DNA from: an uncultured Pseudomonadota bacterium
Lineage (GTDB): Bacteria > Pseudomonadota > Gammaproteobacteria > Methylococcales > Methylomonadaceae
Direction: 5' to 3'
DNA length: 64,000 nt
Assembly: GCA_903848935.1 (NCBI GenBank)
Contig: CAINHO010000015.1
Location: 4,426-68,425 of the forward strand
Made by a program: the position numbers and the translations under genes. The notes beneath the pieces were generated by a model that was not told the origin of the DNA, made no database searches, and saw nothing but the letters and a program-made list of their open reading frames with translations. Every line of letters begins with the position of its first letter. The first letter of the stretch is position 1. Below, in pieces: positions 9,249 through 17,275 of the stretch.

Positions 9249-11501
9249 CTAATCCTGAAAATTCCAATACTTCCCTGCCGTATCGCGCAAACTTTCAACT
9301 TTTACGCCGTCCGAATCTAAACGAACCGTCAACGCGCCATCGTTTGCACTGGTAAAAATTTTTGTATTTAGCGATTGATAACGCGCCACAATTTCTTTGC
9401 TCGGATGGTGAAATTGGTTGCGATAACCTGCTGGAATCAAAATAGTTTCTGGTTTTACAGCGTCTAAAAACGACATTGTTGAAGAGGTTTTACTGCCGTG
9501 ATGAGGCGCGATTAACACGTTGGCGCGTAATTGTTCACGCGCATTTTCAACTAACCAATTTTCTGCCGTCGTTTCAATATCGCCCGTCAATAATATCGAA
9601 CCTGTCGCTGTTTCGATTTTCAAAACACAGGAATTATTGTTGTCGATTTCAAAAGTTTTCGCAGGTGAAAGCATTGTGAAAATTACGCCTTCCCACGTCC
9701 ACGTTTGCCCCGTTTCACACTTTATTGATTGGGCAAATTTCTCTGGCACGCTGGTCAAAATTTGTGCAACTGGCAATGCTTTCAAAACCGATGCTGCACC
9801 ACCGCTGTGATCGTTGTCGTCGTGACTAATCAGCAAGGTATCTATTTTTTTAACGCCGTGATAACGAAAAAAGGGCAGCACCACATTTTTTCCCATGTCG
9901 CCGCCATTCGGAAATTTCGCACCTGTGTCGTAAAGCAATTGATGCTTTTGGGTTTGTACTGAAACAGCCAGCCCTTGTCCCACGTCCAACATCGTCACAA
10001 TCGCTTCGCCATAATTTAATGTTGGAATAATCGGAAACAATAACGGCAAATTTAAAATCAAACCCAGCCAACGTGCGGGAATGCCACGCGGTGCAAATAA
10101 CCACAACAAGCCCAAACACGATAAAACCAAAATGAAAATTGATGGTTGTGGCGAATCAATTACGGCATTCGGCAACGATTCAGCGAATTCAAACCCTTGC
10201 ATTAACCGCTGCAAAATGAAATCCAAAACGTCGAAAATTTTCTCCGCGAGCCACGGAAAAAGCCACATCAATGGAATTTGAAGTAACGCCAACGGCACAA
10301 CCACTAATTCCACAATCGGTACAGCGATAAAATTCACGAGCGGGGAAATTAACGATGTTTGTTGAAAAAAGAACAACAATAACGGCGATAAACCGAGTGA
10401 AACCGTGAGTTGAATATCCACGCCATTTAACCAATTCGACGGTGATTTCAACCGTCCTGCGACACGATATAAAATTAACGCCACGGCTAAAAATGATAGC
10501 CAAAATCCAATCGACAACAACATCGTCGGGTTAAAAATCAACATCGCTAACAAGGCAATCGCAAAACTTTGCAAATGTGAAAATTGCCGCTGATAAAAAC
10601 TTGCAATCGCTACCATGCCCAACATAATCACCGCACGTTTTGTCGGAATCACATAACCTGCCAAACTTGCGTAAAAAATCGCCGTAAATAAACTTGCCAA
10701 TGCTGCGGCGCGAGGCGGTGAAAAGCGCAAAATGTTCAGGTGAGTCCACAGTTTCAACGTCAGCCAATAAACCAGCCCAGCCACTAACGCAATATGCGAA
10801 CCCGAAATCACGATTAAATGCGTCGTGCCAGTAATCCGAAATGTGTCCCAGTTTTCAGCACTCAAACCGTTGTCATCGCCAATCGTTAAGGCTTTTAATA
10901 ACGCGGTGTTGATATTTTCGCCGTATCGTTCCGTTAACGTATCGCCCATTTTTTGCCGAAAATGATTGATGCTAAATGGCGAAGCCGGTGCGATAAAAAT
11001 CGGCAGTTTTTTCGACACCGTTCCTGTCGCGCCAAGATTTTGCATAAATAACCAACGTTCATAATCGTTGCCACCGACGTTAAAATTCGCGTGCGGACGT
11101 TTGAGTTTGACGGTAAATGTCCATGTTTCGCCAGCGTGTAAAATGGAGGTCGGGTCGTACCAACTGAGCTTTATGTTGTGGGGTAATTTTTCAGCGGATT
11201 CTAAAACTGCAAATTCAAAATTGGCACGTTGTGAATTTTGGTCTGGCAAATTGGCGATTTCACCTGTGACGGTCAGTGGCACGCCTTCAAATTCAGGCAA
11301 TAAGCGGTCATGCAATTGATAATAACCGAACGCACTCGCCCACAAAAACCCCATTATAAAAAAGAGACAATACCAATAGCGCAACCGTGCCATAATTGCC
11401 GCTAACGCGCCAATAATCACCCATGCAGAAATCGGCGGCAATGCTAAAAATTGTTGCAACGCCAAATCACCGCATACAAACGCTAACGCGCGAAGAATCA
11501 T
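9249..11501 (-). CDS. comEC: DNA internalization-related competence protein ComEC/Rec2
   Basis: 750 aa polytopic membrane protein. Competence domain (TGTTHLIVISGSHIA) and C-terminal metallo-beta-lactamase domain (LLISHDDNDHSGG). Confidence 0.9.
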   Translation of the reverse strand: MILRALAFVCGDLALQQFLALPPISAWVIIGALAAIMARLRYWYCLFFIMGFLWASAFGYYQLHDRLLPEFEGVPLTVTGEIANLPDQNSQRANFEFAVLESAEKLPHNIKLSWYDPTSILHAGETWTFTVKLKRPHANFNVGGNDYERWLFMQNLGATGTVSKKLPIFIAPASPFSINHFRQKMGDTLTERYGENINTALLKALTIGDDNGLSAENWDTFRITGTTHLIVISGSHIALVAGLVYWLTLKLWTHLNILRFSPPRAAALASLFTAIFYASLAGYVIPTKRAVIMLGMVAIASFYQRQFSHLQSFAIALLAMLIFNPTMLLSIGFWLSFLAVALILYRVAGRLKSPSNWLNGVDIQLTVSLGLSPLLLFFFQQTSLISPLVNFIAVPIVELVVVPLALLQIPLMWLFPWLAEKIFDVLDFILQRLMQGFEFAESLPNAVIDSPQPSIFILVLSCLGLLWLFAPRGIPARWLGLILNLPLLFPIIPTLNYGEAIVTMLDVGQGLAVSVQTQKHQLLYDTGAKFPNGGDMGKNVVLPFFRYHGVKKIDTLLISHDDNDHSGGAASVLKALPVAQILTSVPEKFAQSIKCETGQTWTWEGVIFTMLSPAKTFEIDNNNSCVLKIETATGSILLTGDIETTAENWLVENAREQLRANVLIAPHHGSKTSSTMSFLDAVKPETILIPAGYRNQFHHPSKEIVARYQSLNTKIFTSANDGALTVRLDSDGVKVESLRDTAGKYWNFQD

Positions 11502-11527
11502 CTTAGAAAAATAATAATGAAGGAAGA

Positions 11528-12085
11528 ATGACGATGGCTAAAAAACTGATTCAAAAACTGATGCACAAATTTATTCCCGACCCTGAAGTGATTAAACGCC
11601 ACAAAAGTCTACAGTTTTTGGGTGATAAATTACACGACCCAAATTTGTGGCATTTAAATCGGAGGTCAATTTCGATGGCATTTGCAGTGGGATTATTTTT
11701 TGCGTGGGTGCCAACGCCAACGCAAATGGCATTTGCAGCGGCGGCGGCAATTTATTTTCGCGCCAATTTACCCGTTTCAGTCGCGTTAGTTTGGATCACG
11801 AATCCATTAACGATGCCACCGTTGTTTTATTTCGCTTATCAAATTGGATTAGACGTTTTAAATCAGCCTGCTCAAGCAGACTTTTCGCTCGACAGCGTGT
11901 TATCGGGTTTGGGTGATGTGTGGCAACCATTTTTGCTTGGGTGTTTGATTATGGGCGTAATTTGTTCGACGGTCGGTTATTTTGGAATGCAGGCGTTTTG
12001 GAAATATCATGTTAAGAAAAAATGGACTCTGCGCCGTCAAAAAATCCGTTATCCTGTTTTTCATGCGAGCGTTTGGCGACGTTAA
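11528..12085 (+). CDS. DUF2062-family membrane protein
   Basis: 185 aa. LHDPNLWHLNRRSISMAFAVGLFFAWVPTPTQM...ITNPLTMPPLFYFAYQIG matches the DUF2062 pattern. Confidence 0.7.
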   Translation: MTMAKKLIQKLMHKFIPDPEVIKRHKSLQFLGDKLHDPNLWHLNRRSISMAFAVGLFFAWVPTPTQMAFAAAAAIYFRANLPVSVALVWITNPLTMPPLFYFAYQIGLDVLNQPAQADFSLDSVLSGLGDVWQPFLLGCLIMGVICSTVGYFGMQAFWKYHVKKKWTLRRQKIRYPVFHASVWRR

Positions 12086-12100
12086 TTTATTGAAAGGTTT

Positions 12101-13783
12101 TTGAAAATGAAAAAGTTTTTAGTTTTTGTGAGTTTAATGGGTGTAACGGACACGGTTCTCGCGGTAACACCTGAACAACCGTGGTTACTTACGCCAGTCA
12201 GTGCAACACCACTGCCTTTAGCTACACCCGTGACATTCACTTGGGCAAATACAAAGCCGCTTCCAAAATATCGGCTGATTGTTTCGACGACTTCCGCTTT
12301 TAGTGGTTACAATCAAAAAACCAGTAAATGCAATAGCTCTTGTTTCACCACAACGCTTTCAAAACTTGCGTACACTTTATCGAGTACCGCTGCGATTTTA
12401 AAACCCAATAACAATTATTATTGGCGTGTTGAAGCAATTAACGCCGCTGGGGGAAGTAGCCTTTCGGATATTCGGGCATTTGCATTTGGTACACCTACCA
12501 CGCCGATTGATCCAAAGTTTGCACTCGCCGTTATGCCAATCGTAACGGATGTGCCACCTTCGCCTGCGTCGGTCGTTCAAGGAACGCCTATCACATTTGC
12601 CGCGACACTTGATATTCCTTTGCCGACGGGTTACAGCGTTAAAGTGGATTACGGTAATGGTTTAATTTTAATGAAAGATTCGGGAACTGGAATAAATTTT
12701 AGTTATGCTGCAACACCGTCGTCAGCAACATTTTCGCTTTACACGCTTGGCATTTATGACAGCAAAAATGTGTTGAAAAGCAATAAAGTCATAGGTAATT
12801 TTGAGGTCACTCCCGTTATTCCACCGAATGTCCCGCCCGTTTTAAGTCTTGTCAGTGGTGGCTTAACTGCTAATGTAGATGCGATTTACACGGTCACACT
12901 TTCAGCGACCGATGCCAACGGTGATTTGCGTTTAATTACTATCGATTGGGGTGACGGCACGAGCGATTCATCCAATGCGGCGGACGGTGCAAATGTGACG
13001 TTTTCACATAGTTATAATCCCGCTGGTTCTTATACTTGGACAGCGAACGCCTATGATTACAGTGATGCGGTAAGTCTTGTACCAGTGACACAAACGGTTG
13101 TGGTCAGCGTTGCACCGCCAGTCGTTCCATCAACCACCGCGACATCCGCGAGTACAACAGGCTGTTACACCGATTCGAAAACGAGCTTGACATGGGAGGT
13201 TAAAACCAATGACAAACGTTTGCATGACAAAAATTGGACGTACAGTTGGTATGAACCCGATGCGAGTAAAAATGGTGGTTACTCCGGTGCTGCACACAGT
13301 GGAAAATGTAACGGCACAAGTCAATGTAACACTTACGATTATATCAATGCCGTGAATACCGAAGGCTTGTGTGGCGTGACAAATTGGCGATTGCCAACAA
13401 AAAGCGAATTAGAAAGTTTAGTGTTATGTTCCGATGGTTTATCGACGACATTGGGTGCAAATACACAAGGTAATATCTGTACGGGTTTACCCACACATCC
13501 AACGATTGATACCCTGAATTTTCCGAATACTAAAAGCGATTGGTTTTGGACATCGTCCACGGTTGTTCAGCCAGTCGTCGTTGTGCAAACGCCCACGACA
13601 ACTACCGCTACAGCCACTACGACAACAACTGTAAAACCAGTGACAACGCCAATTAAACAACCCACAGCACCAACCGTAAAACAGGATGCGCTTTCTGCGT
13701 GGATGGTGCTTTTCTACGATGGTTCAAGTCACCCGTATAACAAAGGGAATGCGGCTGGCGTTCGATTGGTGTCGGGAAAATAA
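12101..13783 (+). CDS. secreted multidomain protein: FN3/Ig-like N-terminus, PKD-like repeat, C-terminal DUF1566 (Lcl-like) domain
   Basis: 560 aa. Signal peptide MKMKKFLVFVSLMGVTDTVLA. PKD-like ITIDWGDGTSD...FSHSYNPAGSYTWTANAYD. DUF1566-like LTWEVKT...NWRLPTKSELESLV...FWTSS...VRLVSGK, interrupted by a T/P/V-rich tract. Confidence 0.7.
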   Translation: MKMKKFLVFVSLMGVTDTVLAVTPEQPWLLTPVSATPLPLATPVTFTWANTKPLPKYRLIVSTTSAFSGYNQKTSKCNSSCFTTTLSKLAYTLSSTAAILKPNNNYYWRVEAINAAGGSSLSDIRAFAFGTPTTPIDPKFALAVMPIVTDVPPSPASVVQGTPITFAATLDIPLPTGYSVKVDYGNGLILMKDSGTGINFSYAATPSSATFSLYTLGIYDSKNVLKSNKVIGNFEVTPVIPPNVPPVLSLVSGGLTANVDAIYTVTLSATDANGDLRLITIDWGDGTSDSSNAADGANVTFSHSYNPAGSYTWTANAYDYSDAVSLVPVTQTVVVSVAPPVVPSTTATSASTTGCYTDSKTSLTWEVKTNDKRLHDKNWTYSWYEPDASKNGGYSGAAHSGKCNGTSQCNTYDYINAVNTEGLCGVTNWRLPTKSELESLVLCSDGLSTTLGANTQGNICTGLPTHPTIDTLNFPNTKSDWFWTSSTVVQPVVVVQTPTTTTATATTTTTVKPVTTPIKQPTAPTVKQDALSAWMVLFYDGSSHPYNKGNAAGVRLVSGK

Positions 13784-13834
13784 TTCAAATCAAAATTAAA
13801 TAATCTAACTTCACACCACTTTTATAGGAAAAAC

Positions 13835-14794
13835 GTGAAAACAAAACAAATGAATAAACCCGTCGCTTTGCGCGATAGAAAACAACCGAATAAACCAGCG
13901 AGCCAATTACGTCGTGAAAATGTGCGTCCAAATACCATCAGTAGAAGAGAACCTGTTGAAAAACGCCTGGTCGATGTAGAAATTTCAAAAGATGGTGAAC
14001 GAATTCAAAAAGTATTGGCGCGAGGCGGTGTGGCTTCGCGACGTGAAATTGAACGTTGGATTACTGAAGGGCGTTTGAAAATTAACGGCATTTTAGTCAA
14101 ACAAGGCGCACATTTAAAAACGGGCGATTATCTGCAACTTAATGACCGCGTGTTGAATTGGGAAAAATTTGCGATTCAACCGACGCGCGTGTTGATTTAT
14201 CACAAACCGACGGGCGAAATTGTGACACGCCATGATCCGCAAGGTCGTCCGACGATTTTTGCGTCTTTGCCCAAATTGGACACGTCGCGATGGATTGCGG
14301 TCGGACGTTTAGACGTGAATACATCGGGCTTGTTGTTGATTACGAATAACGGCGAATTAGCCAACAAATTGATGCACCCATCTACCGAAGTCGAACGTGA
14401 ATATGCGGTGCGAATTTTGGGCGACGTGCCAGATGAAAAATTAACATTGCTCAAACAAGGCATTCAACTTGAAGACGGCGAAGCGAAATTTGACCAGATT
14501 TATTTCATGGGCGGCGAAGGCGCGAATAAGTGGTATCACGTCATCGTCAGCGAAGGTCGAAATCGTTTAGTGCGTCGTTTGTGGGAAGCGCAAAATGTAG
14601 TCGTCAGCCGTTTGATGCGAGTACGTTATGGGCCAGTTGTTTTGTCGGACGGTTTACGCACTGGAAAATGTCAGGAATTGAACGCCAAAGAATTAGATTT
14701 ATTATTTGAATTCGCAGGCTTACCTGCGGAAACATCGCACGTCGTTAGAGGAGAGAAAAAAGATGTCAAAACCAAGCATTCTTCAAGTCGCTAA
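13835..14794 (+). CDS. rluB: 23S rRNA pseudouridine synthase RluB
   Basis: 319 aa. Basic N-terminus, S4 domain (RIQKVLARGGVASRREIERWI) and RsuA/RluB catalytic motif GRLDVNTSGLLL. Confidence 0.9.
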   Translation: MKTKQMNKPVALRDRKQPNKPASQLRRENVRPNTISRREPVEKRLVDVEISKDGERIQKVLARGGVASRREIERWITEGRLKINGILVKQGAHLKTGDYLQLNDRVLNWEKFAIQPTRVLIYHKPTGEIVTRHDPQGRPTIFASLPKLDTSRWIAVGRLDVNTSGLLLITNNGELANKLMHPSTEVEREYAVRILGDVPDEKLTLLKQGIQLEDGEAKFDQIYFMGGEGANKWYHVIVSEGRNRLVRRLWEAQNVVVSRLMRVRYGPVVLSDGLRTGKCQELNAKELDLLFEFAGLPAETSHVVRGEKKDVKTKHSSSR

Positions 14795-14948
14795 AAGTGT
14801 TTTTGCCGCCGCGACCGGTATTCAAACGAATAAAAATCGCGAGCAAGATTTTCAACACGGTTCGCTGTCTGCGTATGTAATTGGCGGCGTGCTGTTTACG
14901 ATTACGTTGATTGGTGTGATTGCGTTGGTGGTTTCGATGGTGTTGTAA
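14762..14948 (+). CDS. DUF2970-family small membrane protein
   Basis: MSKPSILQVAKSVFAAATGIQTNKNREQDFQHGS... plus a C-terminal TM helix. ATG 14762 follows GAGGAGAG. The track ORF starting at 14706 is a 5' extension inside rluB. Confidence 0.65.
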
Positions 14949-14963
14949 TCAGTCAGTTTCAAA

Positions 14964-14997
14964 TAAAAAACGCGACTTTTTAGGGTCGCGTTTTTTT
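14964..14997. terminator. Rho-independent terminator
   Basis: AAAAAAACGCGACTTTTTAGGGTCGCGTTTTTTT. Stem CGCGAC/GTCGCG with T7. Confidence 0.8.
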
Positions 14998-15019
14998 GGA
15001 AATTTCAATAATTTGATAA

Positions 15020-15703
15020 TCAAACGGTAATGACGGAATCTGAAACATATTCTTCCAAGCCTTGACGAACAAGTGTTTTATTATCACGATTCCCCGTAAT
15101 AATGACTGTCATGCCTTTATTTTTTAACCATTCAAATAACCGACGAAGTTCAGCACGCAAAACAATCAGATTCGAATAACCTGAAAACAAGGATTCAATC
15201 GTATCGAGAACTACACGTTTCGCGCCAATGTTATGAATGGCGCAACCTAAACGAATAAACAAATCTTCTAAATTGAATTCACCATTTACTGTGATGTCGC
15301 TCACAAAATCCACCGAGATTTTTTTACGCTCAATTAAGTCATCGTAGTCAAATCCAAGCCACGTTGAATTTAAGATTAAATTTTCTGTTGAGGCTTCAAA
15401 TGTGACAAATACACCTGGTTCGTCATGCTCTATCACGCCACGCGCTAAAAATTCCATTGCAAGTAACGATTTACCTGCATCGCCGCAAATCAGCGTTGGA
15501 CGACGCAGCAGGTTATTACTCACAATTCCGTCAAGTTCCTGAATATCTGTCGGTGTTTCTACAGGAAGTAAATAATGTTCATCTTTAAAATAACTGCTTA
15601 CATCTGCTGAACTATCAAATAGATAACAAAGGTGTGGTGAACTTCTTTCACCACAATCGTTACAGTTCATGCAGAAACTTTTCATTTTTTTTAAACTGTT
15701 CAT
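15020..15703 (-). CDS. KaiC/RecA-superfamily ATPase-like protein, C-terminally truncated with degenerate P-loop (possible gene remnant)
   Basis: 227 aa. Colinear by eye with the KaiC CI domain: HDEPGVFVTFEAS..., RVVLDTIESLF, GMTVIITG, LEEYVSDSVITV-stop, so the ORF ends where KaiC continues. The Walker A region reads LICGDAGKS, two residues shorter than GxxxxGK[ST]. The N-terminus has a Cys cluster, CMNCNDCG...HLC. Confidence 0.55.
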   Translation of the reverse strand: MNSLKKMKSFCMNCNDCGERSSPHLCYLFDSSADVSSYFKDEHYLLPVETPTDIQELDGIVSNNLLRRPTLICGDAGKSLLAMEFLARGVIEHDEPGVFVTFEASTENLILNSTWLGFDYDDLIERKKISVDFVSDITVNGEFNLEDLFIRLGCAIHNIGAKRVVLDTIESLFSGYSNLIVLRAELRRLFEWLKNKGMTVIITGNRDNKTLVRQGLEEYVSDSVITV

Positions 15704-15816
15704 TTTATACTCCCAAGTTTTTTAATTCGTGTATATTCTTAACTTACCAACTTTGTATTACAACCCCCTAAATAGGGTGTTACCTACCGTGTTTGTTGTG
15801 ATTACTTACCTGTTTT

Positions 15817-15852
15817 GAAGTGATTATGAATTTTGAGGTGATTATGAATTTT
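15817..15852 (+). repeat. imperfect 18-bp tandem duplication spanning the SD/ATG of the XRE paralogue B gene
   Basis: GAAGTGATTATGAATTTT followed by GAGGTGATTATGAATTTT (1 mismatch). Confidence 0.9.
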
Positions 15853-16221
15853 ATCAATGAAAAAATACGTTCAATACGCAAATCAAGGGATTGGTCACAA
15901 GAAGAAATGGCAGAAAAGTTAAGTATGTCTGTTCATGGCTATGGAAAAATTGAACGCGGAGAAACAAAACCTAATATTCTAAAATTGAGAAAAATAGCAG
16001 AAGTGTTAAATGTAGATTTACTGAAATTACTACTGTCTAACGGAAATAATAACAGTTACAACGATGCGAATAGTGGTTCATCGCGGGAAGTCACCTTTGA
16101 AATGGAAATACTCAAAATGGAAATTTCACACAAAGATGAAGTTATTTTCCTTCAAAAACGAGAAATAGCACATTTAGAACATATAGTTGAAGTGATAGAA
16201 TCCCGACGAAGCCAACGCTAA
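15820..16221 (+). CDS. XRE-family HTH regulator with coiled-coil-like C-terminus (paralogue B); probable start ATG 15844 (or 15826)
   Basis: MNFINEKIRSIRKSRDWSQEEMAEKLSMSVHGYGKIERGE is an HTH. An N/S-rich linker follows, then EMEILKMEISHKDEVIFLQKREIAHLEHIVEVIE. Confidence 0.8.
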   Translation: MIMNFEVIMNFINEKIRSIRKSRDWSQEEMAEKLSMSVHGYGKIERGETKPNILKLRKIAEVLNVDLLKLLLSNGNNNSYNDANSGSSREVTFEMEILKMEISHKDEVIFLQKREIAHLEHIVEVIESRRSQR

Positions 16222-16259
16222 TTGGGCAACACTGAATCTTCTCGTTTTACGTTTTCACC

Positions 16260-16739
16260 TTGCAACTCCGCGTTAGAATCAACAAAATGGTATTTAGGGT
16301 TATTTATGAAAATCGACGAAAATCGACGAAAATCGACGAAAAAATACGAACAATGCGAAAAGCAAGGAATTGGTCACAAGAAGAAATGGCAGAAAAGCTA
16401 AATATGTCTGTTAATGGCTATGCAAAAATTGAACGCGGGGAAACAAAACCTCATATTCCCAAATTGAAAGAAATCGCAGATGTATTAGACGTGGATTTAT
16501 CGGTGTTGTTAATCAATGATAAAAACGTGTATTTAATTAGCGGTGATAACAATAGTAATAATTCAAATAGTAATAACTCAGCGGGCAACCGTAACATTAT
16601 TGGCACACCGCCAGATGTTGCTTTTGAAATTCAAAAACTTCAAATGACGGTGAGCCATAAAGATGAGGTGATTGATTTTCAAAAACGAGAAATTGAGCGT
16701 TTGGAAGAAATTATTGTGTTGATGAAATCTGTGAATTAG
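16260..16739 (+). CDS. XRE-family HTH regulator with coiled-coil-like C-terminus (paralogue C); start uncertain (TTG 16260, ATG 16287 or ATG 16352 in frame; SD-linked ATG 16306 out of frame)
   Basis: IRTMRKARNWSQEEMAEKLNMSVNGYAKIERGE is an HTH. The linker is NNSNNSNSNNS. The tail FEIQKLQMTVSHKDEVIDFQKREIERLEEIIVLMK is very similar by eye to paralogue B. Confidence 0.8.
   Translation: MQLRVRINKMVFRVIYENRRKSTKIDEKIRTMRKARNWSQEEMAEKLNMSVNGYAKIERGETKPHIPKLKEIADVLDVDLSVLLINDKNVYLISGDNNSNNSNSNNSAGNRNIIGTPPDVAFEIQKLQMTVSHKDEVIDFQKREIERLEEIIVLMKSVN
16309..16338 (+). repeat. perfect 10-bp tandem repeat AAAATCGACG x3 (plus degenerate 4th unit to 16348) inside the 5' end of the XRE paralogue C gene
   Basis: Read directly: ATG AAAATCGACG AAAATCGACG AAAATCGACG AAAAAATACG. 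Confidence 0.95.
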
Positions 16740-16747
16740 GAGCAATT

Positions 16748-17137
16748 ATGAAATCAAAATTAGTTGTTGCGGTATTGATGTTGGCATTGCCTTTGTTGGC
16801 GAATGCTGACCGATATGGACATCGCGGTGGAAATCGTGGACACGGTAATGGTTGGATTGCGCCTGCAATTATCGGCGGTGCAATTGTGGGTTCGGCAATA
16901 TATGGGGCAACTCGAAATGATGAGCGTCAGTATGATGATGACAGAAATTATCGTCGTCAATTAACGCAACAAGAAATGCGAGAAGAGCAATTAAGATTGC
17001 GTGAAATGGAACTTGAACGCCGTGAACATGAGTATTACGAACGGCAAAATCGCGCTCGTGGCTATAATCGTGAAAACTGCAAAGAGTATTATCGTGATGA
17101 CGGCAATTCAAATTATTATTCGAAAAATTGTTGGTAG
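16748..17137 (+). CDS. small secreted protein with glycine-zipper segment and R/E/Y-rich charged tail (hypothetical)
   Basis: 129 aa. Signal peptide MKSKLVVAVLMLALPLLANA, IIGGAIVGSAIYG, then QQEMREEQLRLREMELERREHEYYERQNR, with two C-terminal Cys. AGGAG sits 6 nt upstream, and the start is 8 nt after the XRE-C stop. Confidence 0.6.
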   Translation: MKSKLVVAVLMLALPLLANADRYGHRGGNRGHGNGWIAPAIIGGAIVGSAIYGATRNDERQYDDDRNYRRQLTQQEMREEQLRLREMELERREHEYYERQNRARGYNRENCKEYYRDDGNSNYYSKNCW

Positions 17138-17275
17138 CGTTCACGGCGTGGCAATCTTGAATAATATCATTCGTGCATGAGCTGATTTTGCTAGAATAGC
17201 GCAAACAAACCGCACGGATTAGCTGCATCGTTGGCTAGTCCGATTTTTTTACCTTCAAATTGCAAAAAGTAGCCC

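Noticed and set aside
16309-16338. Considered whether short direct repeats here or elsewhere could be a CRISPR array.
   Set aside because: The units are 10 bp, contiguous and without spacers. No array of 25-40 bp repeats with spacers exists anywhere in the window.
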